A DNA stretch of 64,000 nt from Eledone cirrhosa (taxonomy: Eukaryota): positions 32,116,001 through 32,180,000 of the forward strand of contig OZ024741.1 in NCBI GenBank assembly GCA_964016885.1, written 5' to 3'. The notes beneath the pieces are model-generated. The model was not told where the DNA came from. It did no database searches and saw nothing but the letters and a program-made list of their open reading frames with translations. The position numbers and the translations under genes were made by a program. Numbering within the stretch: position 1 is the first letter of the stretch; each line of letters starts with the position of its first letter. Positions 27,235 to 42,330 of the stretch are shown one piece after another.

Positions 27235-27320
27235 CTAGTCGAGGTTAACTTTGCTTCTCAGCCTTACGGGCTCGATAAAATAATGCACCAGTAATGCACT
27301 GGGATAATTGCTAGCCTTGT
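27235..27320 (+). mobile_element. SINE fragment
   Basis: GAGTTCAAAT...GAGGTTAACTTTGC...CGATAAAATAA; similar to 58912-59130. Confidence 0.55.
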
Positions 27321-28746
27321 GAAAAGTAGAAACAATCATATATGCATAATACTTATGTGTGTTATTTTCTCTGTTGTGTGTCGCGCCTGTTAAGACTTCA
27401 GTAAAATGCATCGCGATATTTGTGTTTAGCCTTTTAGGTTCTGAATCCAAACTTCGCTGAAATATATCTTTCATTCTTAAGTGTTGATAATGATAATATA
27501 ACGTTGTGAGGTCGTATAATCCAACTCACTGAATTAGTGAGTAATGCCTAATTTAGAAAACAATATTAGAAACGATTAGTCAGCTCTAGTTTGGTGACAA
27601 TAACATGAGAAATGTCTCTCGATTTTAGTTGTTTAAAATCAATAAAATTTATATCGCTTAAATCTTATGACAGTGTCCAGCATCGCTAACTGACAACTGC
27701 CCTTAGAGACGTTGATTTTAGTTCTGTTTTCAGATGTTACATCGCTACAATGTACTGCAGAATTTCCCCGGTGATTAAACAAAAGAGTCACCTATAGGAA
27801 TTGTTATGCCACTTAAGAACGCTCCAGCAAGAATCTCCCAATTCTTTTCTTCTATAGATTTCAACGTTTAGTCAAATGCTGCGGAGGACCTCCAGCTATA
27901 ATTTGGTGATAGGAGAGCTATGTTTGCTTACACGAGATACGTGTCTGCTGCTATGATGTCAGTGATTTAGGAAATTGAGTCATTCGGCACTAAATCCGAA
28001 GAATATCGAGTGATTATGAACACACACAACAACGATGGGCTTTCAAATTGGAACCTAGAGAGGCCAATGGATCGCGGCCAACCGTAGTTTCTGATGCTGC
28101 ACAGAGGGGCTCGTTAATCAGTTCGAGATGTTTTTCAAACCTGTTATTCAGGTGAAGAAACATTTCGAAGAGGTCTCGTGCTGGATGGTTATTCTTCTTT
28201 TAAATAGTTTAAAAGGAATAAGTCCCAGAATGATTGAATGGAAGTAGATTATATTGACATCATCTTGTTTATATAAGTGATAGCCACTCCCTTACGTATC
28301 CAGAGCTTTTGTGAATGTGCCTTGCATATCTATACTCTCTACCACTTTTGTTAAGTATAGTGAACACATACGGCTCTGCTCAGAGAATGCTGCTATTTTT
28401 TTAATTACATTTTGAATATTAAATTACTTTTTCATTAGCTGCTTAATATTCTCGGATTGAAGTTTAATATTTAATATGGTTTTACCTCAATATCACCTTC
28501 AAGTCCTCCACCTGATAGTCCATTCTGACCACATTTATGTTTAAAAGAACCTGGTTATATAAACTGGTTATATAGTCGCAATAATTGGTGTAACGGTTAG
28601 CGATATTTACCAATTACACACTTCATAAAGAGGAAAAATTATTAATAAATAAGACAAGAATGCAAACACCATAAGTTCGAATGCACGGCAAATCTCAGCT
28701 GAGCTCTGGGGAAAAGGTGGTGCTAAAAATAGATAGCGGTGTTCAC

Positions 28747-28800
28747 TGCATCCGCCATTGCATCCGCCATTGCATCTATCATTGCATCTATCATTCCATC
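28747..28800. repeat. 12-bp tandem repeat (GCATCYRYCATT), about 4 copies
   Basis: Direct reading. Confidence 0.8.
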
Positions 28801-29199
28801 CAGATTTGACAGAGAAATGCAGCTGTCGAGTGACAGAGCACACCGAAAGTCTCAACAGGCGTCGGCAGGAAGTTGATATTTTATGATTTTTTATTAACTG
28901 ATATCTATTCTTCGTCGCAGAGGTTTATGGCCGAATCGACAGGGTTGGTACTGGTGAATATGTCGGAAATATAATATAGCTCTTCTAAGCATATCCATTT
29001 CAATGTTACTGTTCCACACTATGACTCAATATAATATTTCAGCTACACAAGGATTAACACCACGATCCCATTACATTAAGATATGATAAATGATGTCAAA
29101 TTGTCAGAACGTTGTTTTCCAAATACAGATGCATTCATCAATGAAATATTAACATTAGAGTCATTTTGGTGTTTCTATGCATAGCTGCAAGTGATAGAA

Positions 29200-29510
29200 A
29201 CAGTCATTACATTTACCGTCCTTTAAACCCCAGGCATCCGCGTGCTCACACGTAATGGCACTCCATCTGCTTCAGAAATTAACGTGCAAGTGGCTGAGAA
29301 ATCCACAAACACGCGTACCTTTAACGTAGTTCTCAGGGAGATTAAGAGTTACACAGAATATGAGAAGGTTGGCCCTTCGAATTACAGGTACATCTCATTT
29401 TTGCCAGCTGAGTAGATTGGAGCAACCTGCTATAAAGTGTCTTGCCCAAGGACAAGGCGCGCCGCCAGGAATCGAACTCACGTCTTTACAATTGTCAGTC
29501 GAATACACTA
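29200..29510 (-). mobile_element. tRNA-derived SINE (second family)
   Basis: Minus-strand B-box GAGTTCGATTCC followed by CCTTGGGCAAGACACTTTA core. Confidence 0.6.
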
Positions 29511-30039
29511 ACATATTAGAAAAAAACAGCATATCATATAGTGCTGTTTTAACAAAGGACATGTTAGTAAGATAGTAGTTGTTAAATGTATCCTCTTGAT
29601 TATCTGAACAGGAACACATCCTGTTTTCACCATTATCGTCCAACTAGTGTCCAACAACAACCATTACAGCAGCAGAAACATTCAATACTTAAAAGGTTGG
29701 CCTAACAAACATGTGATTCAAGTTTCAAAATATATGTGAAAACCTAATAAGACCTTCATCTCACAACTGATTTGAGCCTGTTACCACAGTTGGAAGCTTC
29801 TATTTTATGTCTCACCCAGGCCTTCTAAAAATGATGCAAAATCCTGTTGTCTCTATCTCTACTGTTCCTCGTATAGATTATTTTCTTTTTATATTAATTA
29901 GAGTAAATATAGAATACAATAACCACGTAGTATCATAAGTTAGAAATCCATTTTTCTATGTAATTCTACGTAAATCAAGGACGAAACCAGGAAACTGTAT
30001 TCACGTCCTTCATAACGCTTCCTATATGTAGCTTAAATA

Positions 30040-30452
30040 ATCATTTTTACTCTAGACACAAGATTATTAATTTGGGAGAAGGGAAAAGTTGATTAAATCG
30101 ACCCAGTACATTACTGATGCTTTATTTTATCGATCCCGAAGATTGAAAGGCAAAGTTAACCTCGGCGGGATTTGAACTCAGATCGTAGAGGGCCGTAAGT
30201 CTGCTGCAAAGCATGGTATCTCTACCGATACTGCCAATCCACCACCCTAAATGTAGTTTAAATAATTGTTTCTACTTTTAGCACAAGGCCAGCATTACCC
30301 AGTACATTCCTGGTACTTTATTTCATCGACCCTGTAAGGATGAAAGGCAAAGTTAACCTCGGCGGGATTTGAACTCAGTCCGTAAAGGGAGGTAACTGTG
30401 CTGCATAGCATGGCGTCCGACCTTCTACCAATACCGCCAATCTATCGCCCCT
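30040..30452 (-). mobile_element. Two tandem tRNA-derived SINE copies
   Basis: GAAAGGCAAAGTTAACCTCGGCGGGATTTGAACTCAG occurs twice; reverse complement of the 58912 family. Confidence 0.75.
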
Positions 30453-31639
30453 ACTGCCAATGTAGTTTAAATAATAACCACCAGGTTTGTGGATCACAGT
30501 AACACTGACATCAAGTCTGAATGTTTACGTTATAGTGAATTCCGATCAAGATATCTGATTCAAGGATTAGCTCGAAACCTCGACTCTTTATGGTCTCCCT
30601 TTTAATTATATTTTACTCTATGACTATATATTTACTATATATCATACTATGTATTATATAATAGAGATATGTCTCTTATTAGTGACTGTGGTACACGCAC
30701 ATTCACTGAATATATGATATTAGATGACCATCGATATAGCATTGCATCTGAATGATGATTAGAAATGAACTGCTGCAGTATTTACGCTTAAACCAGTACC
30801 CTACCCATTCGATAGCTACTTTTCATATTAGTCATTGCTATTATTTTTAGTTTCATTTTGCCCAAGCTGAAATTTTAACGTGAAGTTCACAATCAACTAG
30901 ATAAGGCATTTAATAATTTCCTAAACCAATTGTTCCACCTGTAGTTCTAAATAAATGTGCAGATATTCAAGTAACTATGTAATCTGTACATGTTCAATCT
31001 CACAGCTAATTGAATTCCTAATACACCCCTTTCTTTGCCTCCTGTTCTATTTTTCTCTCTCACAACCTTTTTTTATTTTACTTCACTGTATTTTCTCCAC
31101 TTTTCCGCTTAACAAACCAAGCCCGCAGATCTAAAGGAAATTTGCATGAAAAAGTTTAGCGCTCGTTTAGCTTTCAAGCATTATAATAATAGCTGAGCAA
31201 TAGATGAACGGTGTAGTGAAGGTAACGTGAACAGGGTATATAACTAACTTTGATACAATATTTTTTTTTTGTCCCTCGGGAGCCGAAGTTCAAAATACAT
31301 TGCTGTAGACTTCATTTTTCATTTCTACTTTTGCTGATTTAATGAATATCAGGAATATAAAGGAGTAGATACATTCGATAATTTATACGATTTCCTAGCG
31401 AAAAAGTAATGCGTTCATATATTTAACTATTATCATCATTATAGGATCAGCGTAATATTATAAGATTTAGTATATTTCAGATCACAGAGACCGCTAAAGA
31501 TTCTAAGTGTAACATTAACAACACAATATCACATTTTGATGACGACACTGTGTAAACAATTTGAAGAGGAGTAAACGACACCAATATTTATGGTTAAGAA
31601 ACATATAAACAAACTTACACCCCCATATATATATATATA

Positions 31640-31868
31640 AGGAAAAAAGATGAAATCGAAAATGCAACTGAAGTCTTTTTTTTTTTAAATATATATTTAT
31701 TTGGTTCCTTTACCGGTTTCGCAGATGTGAGAAAAACCACAAACCCTCCATCTCAATTCTACTATTGAAAAGCAGAAGAACTGTGAAACCGGTAAAGGAA
31801 CCAAATAAATATACATTTAAAAAAAAAAAAGACTCCAGTTGCATTTTCGATTTCATCTTTTTTCCTTA
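31640..31868. repeat. Short fold-back element with a U3-A8 hammerhead-like motif (31762-31798, +)
   Basis: Arms 31640-31722 and 31783-31868; TTGAAAA-GCAG...CTGT-GAAA-CCGG-TA. Confidence 0.65.
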
Positions 31869-31959
31869 TACTTTCACTCGTGTAGGACACCTCGTTTTTT
31901 TTTCATTATATAAAGATGTATGCACACAAAATATGTATATACATACATGCATCAATCTA

Positions 31960-32028
<69 letters not shown>

Positions 32029-32048
32029 AGTGTTTGAGTGTGTGTTTG

Positions 32049-33466
32049 TATGAGGTTTGTTCCAAAAGGAAAGATACTGATTTTCCCATGTACGACATGG
32101 AAACGCAGCCCCTCATTGATGTATATAAATGTGTTTGATATAACTCCGGCTGCATATACAAACCTCCTTCAACATGATCGATTGTGTCAGTCGTGACTTA
32201 TTACTGTTTATGTACAGTCGTGTATATAACCTCTATTCTGTTTATAAACCAGGAAAACGGTACAGGATCACATTATGTATGCATCTCAACAAATCTGCCA
32301 TCGAAACATTTGATTTTTTTAACACAAGCTTATGGAGACGCCATTTTAATGCGAAATCATGTTTTTTACGTGGCATGAAACTTTCAAGAGGGGTCGAGAA
32401 AATGTTTAACACTTTAGTATTTAAACCGGCCATATCCGGCGCTAGAATCTTTTTGCCTCTTTCTAGTCAAACTGGCCGTAACTGGCCATTTATTGTGATG
32501 TTAAGCTATTGTTCTTAAAATAAATAATATGAAAATCTTAAAGTTTCAAAATTATGAGATAATTATGTGAGGTAAAGCCTTTACTATGAAAATACAATAG
32601 TAAATATAGAGTAATGTAAATGCTAAAGGTTTAAGACGAACCTTGCTCTGGATGGCCAATATCATCAACATATCAACAGAATGTGGATGTGGTACAAGTG
32701 GAGTGGCACAAGATCACCCATTAAGTATTAGAATAATTGCAGAAGAAACAGACTAGGATAAATATGCAGTTTTCAGGGTTATAACAAACTATTTGAACAT
32801 GCGAAAAATTTGTGCCTAGACACTTATCTCTGGAGCTAAAAGTAAACAAGTTTATTATTTATCAGAATTTGATAGAAAGACTCAGAATTGAGCCGCATTT
32901 CATGGATAAAGTAACAACAGGTGATGGATCATGGGTGATGGAGTACGATTGATAGATATAAACACAAAGTGAGGTATCGCACACGAAATATTCTCCTCGT
33001 CCCAAGAAAGCACGCATGAACAGTTAACACCAGAACAGACAGTGAATCTACAAAGATGTCTTGGAATGACTTCTGGCAAGACCGAAAGAACATTGCAGGA
33101 GATTGGGTATTGCAACACGATAATGCACTTGCTCGCACAGCATTTTCAATTCGTGAATTTATGGCGAAGATATTCCTACTCTTCCGCATCTCCTCTACAA
33201 CCCAGGTCGAGTTCGTATGATTTCTACCTCTTCCCTAAGTTATAATCAAAGTTGTTACTGTGGAAAACTTACAAGGAAAAATCTAACCTCGATATAATGA
33301 CACGCACAGAAAACGATCGTACTGCTACGATCAATGAAAAAAATGTAGGAACCACTGTGTGGCTTCCGAAGTGTCATAATATGAAGGGTAATTTCTAATT
33401 TAATATACGTCTATTATACATTTAAATATAACATCAGTACCCTTACTCTTTGGACAAACTAATATA
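32049..33466 (+). mobile_element. Degenerate mariner (Tc1/mariner) DNA transposon
   Basis: Relic peptides SIRIIAEE, NMRKICA, VTTGDGSW, LQHDNA and YDFYLFPKL; degenerate TIRs at about 32049-32083 and 33432-33466; about 1.4 kb long. Confidence 0.78.
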
Positions 33467-34257
33467 AATAATTGTATTCATTATGATAATGTTATATATG
33501 CAGATATACAGAAGATATGTAAATGTGTACAAAAATATACACATATATATATAGGTGTGGAGACATCACAAATATACGTATTATTTCCTCATCAATTGGA
33601 AAAGAATTAGTAAAATTTCCAGGTTAATTAGGCTTTCACTAGAAGGCATGTTTATCATTTAAGCAACAACAAAGAAATACTTAATTTAAAAACTGTTGTG
33701 CAATATCACATATAGTAGTACCTGAAACGAACATAATAATTGTCCATTATTAGCTTTCATATTGGTAGGTAAGTTAACCATATATATTAATTTGTGAGTA
33801 AGTAACCGAATTATGAAATAAAATGGCATGTGTATATATTCAGAATAGAGGTAACTGTGACTGCTTAAATATGGGCATATATTTATACATTTTTAGTATA
33901 TAGATATACAGAAAAAACTAAACATACATATTTCACTACTGATTAACATAGGTTTAACACAATCGATTTTCAAACCTAGATGGGTTTTCAAAAGAAGGCA
34001 TATCACGTAAATAACTACGGGGAAATATGTGATTGAGGCGGCTTATTTACACTATCTATCCCTTACAGACTTACTGATTTGCATATTAATATCAGTCATG
34101 TTGGTAGTTAATTGAGATATACATTTAGTTGTGCACTAAACAGATGTGTATGATAAAGTTATATCTCTATACTGTATATAGACATATATAAATTTATTAT
34201 ATTTTTCAGCTGCTTCGCACGATATATATGTATGTATGCATGTATGTATATATATAT

Positions 34258-34865
34258 GTCAGGTCACCAGTTGGTGCTACTGGTAACATGTATCCCAGTA
34301 CAACCTGTCTCATGGTCGGGTCGTTGGCGACTAAACTGGCAACCCCACCAAGGTTTCTTGGTGAGGAGGGTGACTTTGGACATCCTGCAGGACTAAAAAC
34401 AAAACCTGTCAAAGGGCAAAGGAGCTCTTAAGAGTCAATGGCCATCCAAAATCACTGGGAGAGATGACCCCTTAGCCTTTGTCAAGGCAGAATTCTAGGA
34501 GAAGGAAAACTCTGATATTACACCTGCAACCCTGATGGTATCCAATGATGTTGACTTGTTCTTCTTTTTGGTAAATATCATCTTGGTTAAGAGAGTGGGA
34601 CTGGCTTTGTGCAGTGCCTTTGCTCACTATAAAAGCTTCACGGCACAGGCATTACTTTATATCTGGAGATCTCTCTGCACTTGTCGTCACATGGTACCAT
34701 GGGCCCAGCACTATGTGTCAATAATTGTCACAAGTGTAGTGTTTGTACCAGAGTTTTCAAGTCTCTGGCTGGACTAAAAAGTCACACTTGTTCAGCGCAT
34801 CGGTAGTGGTTCTCCTACATGGATATAAAGTAGTGGCCGTACTCGAAAACGAGTTGGCAGCCACC
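34258..34865. repeat. Interspersed repeat (second copy at 40845-41412 with a 5' inversion)
   Basis: 34480-34865 matches 41030-41412; 34290-34462 is inverted at 40845-41020; both copies are (TA)n-flanked. Confidence 0.8.
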
Positions 34866-34944
<79 letters not shown>

Positions 34945-35935
34945 ACGGAGGAAATGTGGTAAGGAACCAGATGGACCATAACGCACCAGAGTACTCAATA
35001 CTTAGGGTCGTAGAGTGGGTAATAGGAAAAAGTATGACCCCGACGGCAGAGCTCAAGCCGTTTTGAAGGCTATTTCTGGACTAAATTAGAATTTTTAGCC
35101 TGGTAAATAAATAGCCGAACTTTTCAAGGGGTACTTCCTTATATGGGAAGATTGTAGCTGTCAAGAGGATTCGTCAAAATTTGTAATGTATCATTTTTGT
35201 TACTACTCCAATTCTACAATTTCAATATTTCTTATTTAGTATTTTCTATTCTCAACTTATTAACCTGTACTTGTAAGATAAGCATTGGCGGAATACGCTT
35301 TACTAACTATTTATAGCAGCTGTGTTAGACCCCTGAAAAGTTTGCATTATATTTTTTCACTACCCACTTCTACAATTTCTTATTTAGTATTTTCCATTCT
35401 CAACTTATTAACCTTTTCTATAGCTTTGGCCGTACAAGCAACACCTACTAATTAGAGCAGCTCTCTCTATACTCTACTGTTTGTTTTTTTAAAAATTCAT
35501 TACTCACTATCTAATTTTATATATTTTCTTTATATTTCTTTCTATTATATTTTATTGTCTCTTACTCTCATTTGACTTACCTATTCTATTACTTGTTTCC
35601 TCCATTTTCTCCAGAACAATTTTTCGACTTTTCATACACTATCCTTAGAAACTGCTGCATAGATTTCACTTTCAACGCTTGACCGGCTCCAATCACTCCC
35701 TCATTGTTCTACAGGCAAGTTCAGCCACCCCTACCCCCCACCAAATCCCATGACAGAATTATTTGTGTTTCCAACAAATTTTGACGAATCCTCTTGACAA
35801 CTACAATCTTCCCATATAAGGAAGTACCTCTTGACAAGTTCGGCTATTTATTTACCAGGCTAAAAATTCTAAATTAGTCCAGAAATATCCGTCGAAACGG
35901 CTTCAGCTCTGCCGTCGGGGTCATACTTTTTCCTA
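34945..35935. mobile_element. Fold-back element with a U3-A8 hammerhead
   Basis: Arms at about 35023-35182 and 35775-35935; family fragments at 49921-49975 and 59815-60012. Confidence 0.7.
35826..35921 (+). ncRNA. Type I hammerhead, U3-A8 core variant
   Basis: ACCTC-TTGACAA-GTTCGGCTA...TATCCGTC-GAAA-CGGC...GCCG-TC-GGGGT; the mirror copy 35037-35132 has ACCCC-TTGAAAA. Confidence 0.7.
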
Positions 35936-36215
35936 TGTATATATATATATGTGTATGTATTAATATATTCATGTATATATATATATATATCCATATATAT
36001 TTATATATATTTTTATATTTGTATATCTGTTTGACCCGAATTAGGCGGTCGAATTTTCGCTGTGCGGATGATTAGTTTAACCACCATCTCAGTGTGTTTG
36101 GCCTTTAACGTAAGTTGTAAGCTCTAATTCATATGAATTATCGAGCGCTTGCCACACAACTCGGAAGTGTTTTTCGTTAATTCCTGAGTTGAAATTCGAT
36201 TCTCGCTAATTTTTA

Positions 36216-36254
<39 letters not shown>

Positions 36255-36257
<3 letters not shown>

Positions 36258-36665
36258 ATTGGTCTTGCATGCTTAAAGCGCCCGTATGCGGTAGGCTGTT
36301 TGAGCACTCGATGCTCTCATAGAGCAGAGTATGATATCACAGAAAAAGAGAATCAGCGTTGCGACGAATGGAATTTATTGGACATATTACAATCGTTTCT
36401 CTGGCGACCTGCTCGAGGCAGGATAGATGTGTGGATCGAACCTGACTCTGAAAATCGCATGGTCCTCAAATATGTCTTGATTCTACGAAGCAGATTTTCC
36501 TAATATCTGCTTCGTAGAATCAAGACGTATCTGAGGACCTTGCGATTTTCAGAGTCAGGTTCGATCCACACATCTATTGTGCCTCAAGCAGGTCCCCAGA
36601 GAGACGATTGTAATATGTCCAATAAATTCGATTCGTCGCAACACTGATTCTCTTTTTTTTCTGTG

Positions 36666-36668
<3 letters not shown>
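36255..36668. mobile_element. Fold-back element with two degenerate hammerhead copies (same family as 55160-55500)
   Basis: Arms 36333-36500 and 36505-36668; CTGAGGA core at 36531, with GAAA mutated to GAGA. Confidence 0.7.
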
Positions 36669-36711
<43 letters not shown>

Positions 36712-37167
36712 AGTGTAATTTTCTACACAAAACGAAGGTTATAGAGAAAATTGAGGTTGGTAATGGCACATGGAATATATAAGAGACAGAATACTTTTTT
36801 GTGAAAAAACATAATTTTATAAGGTAAGGAAATAATAAAGGGTATAAAAAATGACCGGTTTCGATGGGTCTGCAAAAGCCATCTTTTCAAATGTTGATTA
36901 ATATTAAGAAAAATTAATAATACGAAGAGTTAAAATTTGAGACTTGAAAATTCAAGTATAAAATTCATTGTGGGATTTCATAGCAGTTTTCATCTAGGTA
37001 GCAACAACAGGTTGACTGCTGTGTCCCTTTCTGGTAGTGAATGAGAAGTTATTTGGGGTGTGGGTTATTTTATAAAGGTCAGATTTAGCAATAGCCAGCT
37101 GCTGGTCAGTGAGGGGGTGGAAGCAATATACACACACATACCTTCATCCACACATACATACACATAC

Positions 37168-37210
<43 letters not shown>

Positions 37211-37271
37211 CACACATACATACACACACACATACATATACATACACACACACACACACATATATACACAT

Positions 37272-37328
<57 letters not shown>

Positions 37329-37359
37329 TATATATACATACACATACATCCAGATACAC

Positions 37360-37460
<101 letters not shown>

Positions 37461-37556
37461 CCCACACATACATACACACACACATATATATATATACATA
37501 CACACATACAAACATACACACACACACACACATATATATATACACACATACACACA

Positions 37557-37588
<32 letters not shown>

Positions 37589-38009
37589 TGCATATATATA
37601 TATATATACACATACGCATACATCCAGATACCCACATACATACACACACACACACACACACGCACACACAATACATACATCCACATGCACACACATACTC
37701 ACACACACACACACACACATACATACACCCACACACAGAGAAATGGCCTTCAAATATATATATATATATATACATACAGACACATATATTTTTTCCATAA
37801 TATAAGAAGTTGGGGCAGTGAAATTAAAATAATTCTGTGTGCGCATATATATATAGATATACGTGTGTGCACGTGCAGGGTTTAACATGGATGTGTTGGT
37901 CACACAAAGGCATGGTCTGTCAATGAATAAACCTGATTCTACAGAATTGGTCTCTGGTCTTTAATAGTAGTGATTCCGTGCGTATGTGTGTTTATATTTT
38001 ATGACAATT

Positions 38010-38499
38010 CTATTGGGGTGATAACCCGTTTAGTTTTGGTTTAAATTTGTTAAGGAATAGATTTTCTTTGTTTATTCGTTGTTGTTGTGTGAACGAATCT
38101 GAGCACTTGTAGAAGGGGAAGATTTTAAAGTTGGGTAGTGTCATTCCTGCGCAGTTCGCAATATGGCTGCTCAAGGGGATTTTTCTTGTGTTAGCGTCCC
38201 GGATTTGTTGGCGGTGGATGGTCATTCTTTTGCGTAATGAGGTGCCCGTCTGTCCTATGTAGTTGTGTTTGCACCCACCGCAAGTTATTGCGTAAATCAA
38301 GTTCTCCGAGTTGCAGGTGAAATTGTTTTTTACTGTAAATGTTTGGCCATCTTTGAATGTAAATGTTTGTCCTTCAGTGAGGTAGAGGCACGTTCCACAG
38401 TTTGTTCTACCACATTTGGTAACTGTAGGGTTGAGGATTGGTTTGGGTATATTTGGTCCAGTGAGAATGCGTTTAAGTGATTTGGGTTGTCTTTTACTT
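38010..38499 (-). pseudogene. Inverted copy of the GIY-YIG domain
   Basis: Translation identical to 38728-39217. Confidence 0.88.
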
Positions 38500-39217
38500 A
38501 AGAGCCTTTCCACTTGAAATAATCAACAATGGAATAGACAGGGCAAAACACCTAAATCCCCATCAACTTAACAATCCAAAACAGAAAACCACACTCAACA
38601 CCCTGCCATATGTATCCACTTTCAACCCCAGAAATACCGAAATGTTTGATCACCTACACAAAAACCTCCCCATCCTACTTAAAGATGTAAAAATGAAGTC
38701 TATTCTTGAAACACACAAGATCCTTAAAAGTAAAAGACAACCCAAATCACTTAAACGCATTCTCACTGGACCAAATATACCCAAACCAATCCTCAACCCT
38801 ACAGTTACCAAATGTGGTAGAACAAACTGTGGAACGTGCCTCTACCTCACTGAAGGACAAACATTTACATTCAAAGATGGCCAAACATTTACAGTAAAAA
38901 ACAATTTCACCTGCAACTCGGAGAACTTGATTTACGCAATAACTTGCGGTGGGTGCAAACACAACTACATAGGACAGACGGGCACCTCATTACGCAAAAG
39001 AATGACCATCCACCGCCAACAAATCCGGGACGCTAACACAAGAAAAATCCCCTTGAGCAGCCATATTGCGAACTGCGCAGGAATGACACTACCCAACTTT
39101 AAAATCTTCCCCTTCTACAAGTGCTCAGATTCGTTCACACAACAACAACGAATAAACAAAGAAAATCTATTCCTTAACAAATTTAAACCAAAACTAAACG
39201 GGTTATCACCCCAATAG
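38497..39217 (+). CDS. PLE C-terminus: Cys-rich linker and GIY-YIG endonuclease (5'-truncated)
   Basis: CGRTNCGTC...FTCNSENLIYAITCGGCKHNYIGQT...LRKRMTIH...KE...FKPKLN. Confidence 0.88.
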
Positions 39218-39638
39218 AATTGTCATAAAATATAAACACACATACGCACGGAATCACTACTATTAAAGACCAGAGACCAATTCTGTAGAATCAGGTTTAT
39301 TCATTGACAGACCATGCCTTTGTGTGACCAACACATCCATGTTAAACCCTGCACGTGCACACACGTATATCTATATATATATGCGCACACAGAATTATTT
39401 TAATTTCACTGCCCCAACTTCTTATATTATGGAAAAAATATATGTGTCTGTATGTATATATATATATATATATTTGAAGGCCATTTCTCTGTGTGTGGGT
39501 GTATGTATGTGTGTGTGTGTGTGTGTGAGTATGTGTGTGCATGTGGATGTATGTATTGTGTGTGCGTGTGTGTGTGTGTGTGTGTATGTATGTGGGTATC
39601 TGGATGTATGCGTATGTGTATATATATATATATATGCA

Positions 39639-39670
<32 letters not shown>

Positions 39671-39766
39671 TGTGTGTATGTGTGTATATATATATGTGTG
39701 TGTGTGTGTGTATGTTTGTATGTGTGTATGTATATATATATATGTGTGTGTGTATGTATGTGTGGG

Positions 39767-39867
<101 letters not shown>

Positions 39868-39898
39868 GTGTATCTGGATGTATGTGTATGTATATATA

Positions 39899-39955
<57 letters not shown>

Positions 39956-40016
39956 ATGTGTATATATGTGTGTGTGTGTGTGTATGTATATGTATGTGTG
40001 TGTGTATGTATGTGTG

Positions 40017-40059
<43 letters not shown>

Positions 40060-40331
40060 GTATGTGTATGTATGTGTGGATGAAGGTATGTGTGTGTATA
40101 TTGCTTCCACCCCCTCACTGACCAGCAGCTGGCTATTGCTAAATCTGACCTTTATAAAATAACCCACACCCCAAATAACTTCTCATTCACTACCAGAAAG
40201 GGACACAGCAGTCAACCTGTTGTTGCTACCTAGATGAAAACTGCTATGAAATCCCACAATGAATTTTATACTTGAATTTTCAAGTCTCAAATTTTAACTC
40301 TTCGTATTATTAATTTTTCTTAATATTAATC

Positions 40332-40379
40332 AACATTTGAAAAGATGGCTTTTGCAGACCCATCGAAACCGGTCATTTT
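40332..40379 (+). ncRNA. U3-A8 hammerhead in the PLE pseudo-LTR (mirror copy 36848-36895, minus strand)
   Basis: AACAT-TTGAAAA-GATGG...CCATC-GAAA-CCGG-TC-ATTTT. Confidence 0.7.
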
Positions 40380-40763
40380 TTATACCCTTTATTATTTCCT
40401 TACCTTATAAAATTATGTTTTTTCACAAAAAAGTATTCTGTCTCTTATATATTCCATGTGCCATTACCAACCTCAATTTTCTCTATATATATATATATAG
40501 ACAATATGTATGTATGTGTGTTTGTAGATTCCGAGGTAAATCGGGGTAAGCAGAGTAAAGAAGGTATTCAATAAATTAGTAAAATGTGAACATCTATATA
40601 TAATATAGAAAAAGGAATTCCTGATGATTTTATACGAATGAAACAGTTCTACTCCCGTAGAATCCATCTCCCCGCTCTCTCTCTCTCTATAAATATATGT
40701 ATATATTCCCTTCCTTTTTTAAAATATACCTAACTGTACCAAGGATTTCACACATTTTCCAAT

Positions 40764-40847
<84 letters not shown>

Positions 40848-42267
40848 CTCCCGGTGATTTTGGATGGCCATTGACTCTTAAGAGCTCCTTTGCCCTTTGA
40901 CAGGTTTTGTCTTTTGTCCTGCAGGATGTGCAAAGTCACCCTCCTCACCAAGAAACCTTGGTGGGTTGCCAGTTTAGTCGCCAACGAACCGATCATGAGA
41001 CTGGTTGTACTGGGATACAAGGCAGTTCTTTGACAAGGCAGAATTCTAGGAGAAGGAAAACTCTGATATAACACCTGCAACCCTGTTGGTAGCCAATGAT
41101 GTTGACCTGTTCTTCTTTTTGGTAAATATCATCTTGGTTAAGAGAGTGGGACTGTCTTTGTGCAGTGCCTTTGCTCACTATAAAAGCTTCACGGCACAGG
41201 CATTGTTTTATATCTGGAGATCTCTCTGCACTTGTCGTCACATGGTTCCATGGGCCCAGCACTATATTTCAATAATTGTCACAAGTGTAGTGTTTGTACC
41301 AGAGTTTTCAAGTCGCTGGACTAAAAAGTCACACTTGTTCAGCGCATCGGTAGGTGTTCTCCTACATGGATATAAAGTATTGGCCGTACTCGAAAACGAG
41401 TTGGCAGCCACCATATATATATATATATATATACAGTATTTTCCGTTGTGTTGTAATATAAATATTACACACAGTAGATTATCAGCTCACGTAGAGTTTG
41501 CTCGACGGTTCCAGTTGTAGTTCCAAAAGTAATCCGGAGAAAAATAGAAAGATTTGAATGGATACAGTTTAGTTGAAAGGAATTTATTGACACGTGTTTC
41601 TATAACAGTTACATAACCTAAAACAGCTATCTACAAACTTTTAGTTATGCAGACATTCAATATTTCAATGTTATTATTTACTGTCATTTCATCAGAATAA
41701 TATTACTGAGGACCTATTTAGTTTTTATAGAGAATATTAGGAGGGAGGGGTGAAGTTGTTAGAAGAATAGTTGAAGGAGTGGTTTTTCGATAGCAGTGAG
41801 AATTCTTGGTGGCAGTGAGTAATTAGATTCCCATCTGTTGTTTTGACATTTTTTATAGAATATATTATTGGTTATTTTTCTAAATCTATAGAAGGATTAG
41901 AGATAGTAAAGATATGCGTAGTTGGTTTTGTGTTTGCACTTAATTAACATTCAGACTTAAATTTTTCTTTCAAGTGTACGTATCCTTTCACCCACGCATT
42001 CACACACAAATATATTTGCACACCTCTACAAAATACATATACTCACAATTCACATATTCATACTTACATATATATACACATGCATACACATATATATACA
42101 CACATGTATTCATGTACATACATACCCGCTCATGTGTATACATTTTCATACTCAACTTATCTTTATATACACACGTATAGACACACACATATATACATAC
42201 ATACTCTAGTCCATGTGTACACACATACACATACATACACATCCATATACACATACATACATACACA

Positions 42268-42328
<61 letters not shown>

Positions 42329-42330
<2 letters not shown>

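Noticed and set aside
27300-31600. Possible host exons in a unique-looking AT-rich region
   Set aside because: No ORF or splice pattern with recognisable protein features.
40615-40666. TTC-CTGATGA...GAAA...TA-GAA hammerhead candidate
   Set aside because: Stems II and III pair poorly; at best a decayed copy.
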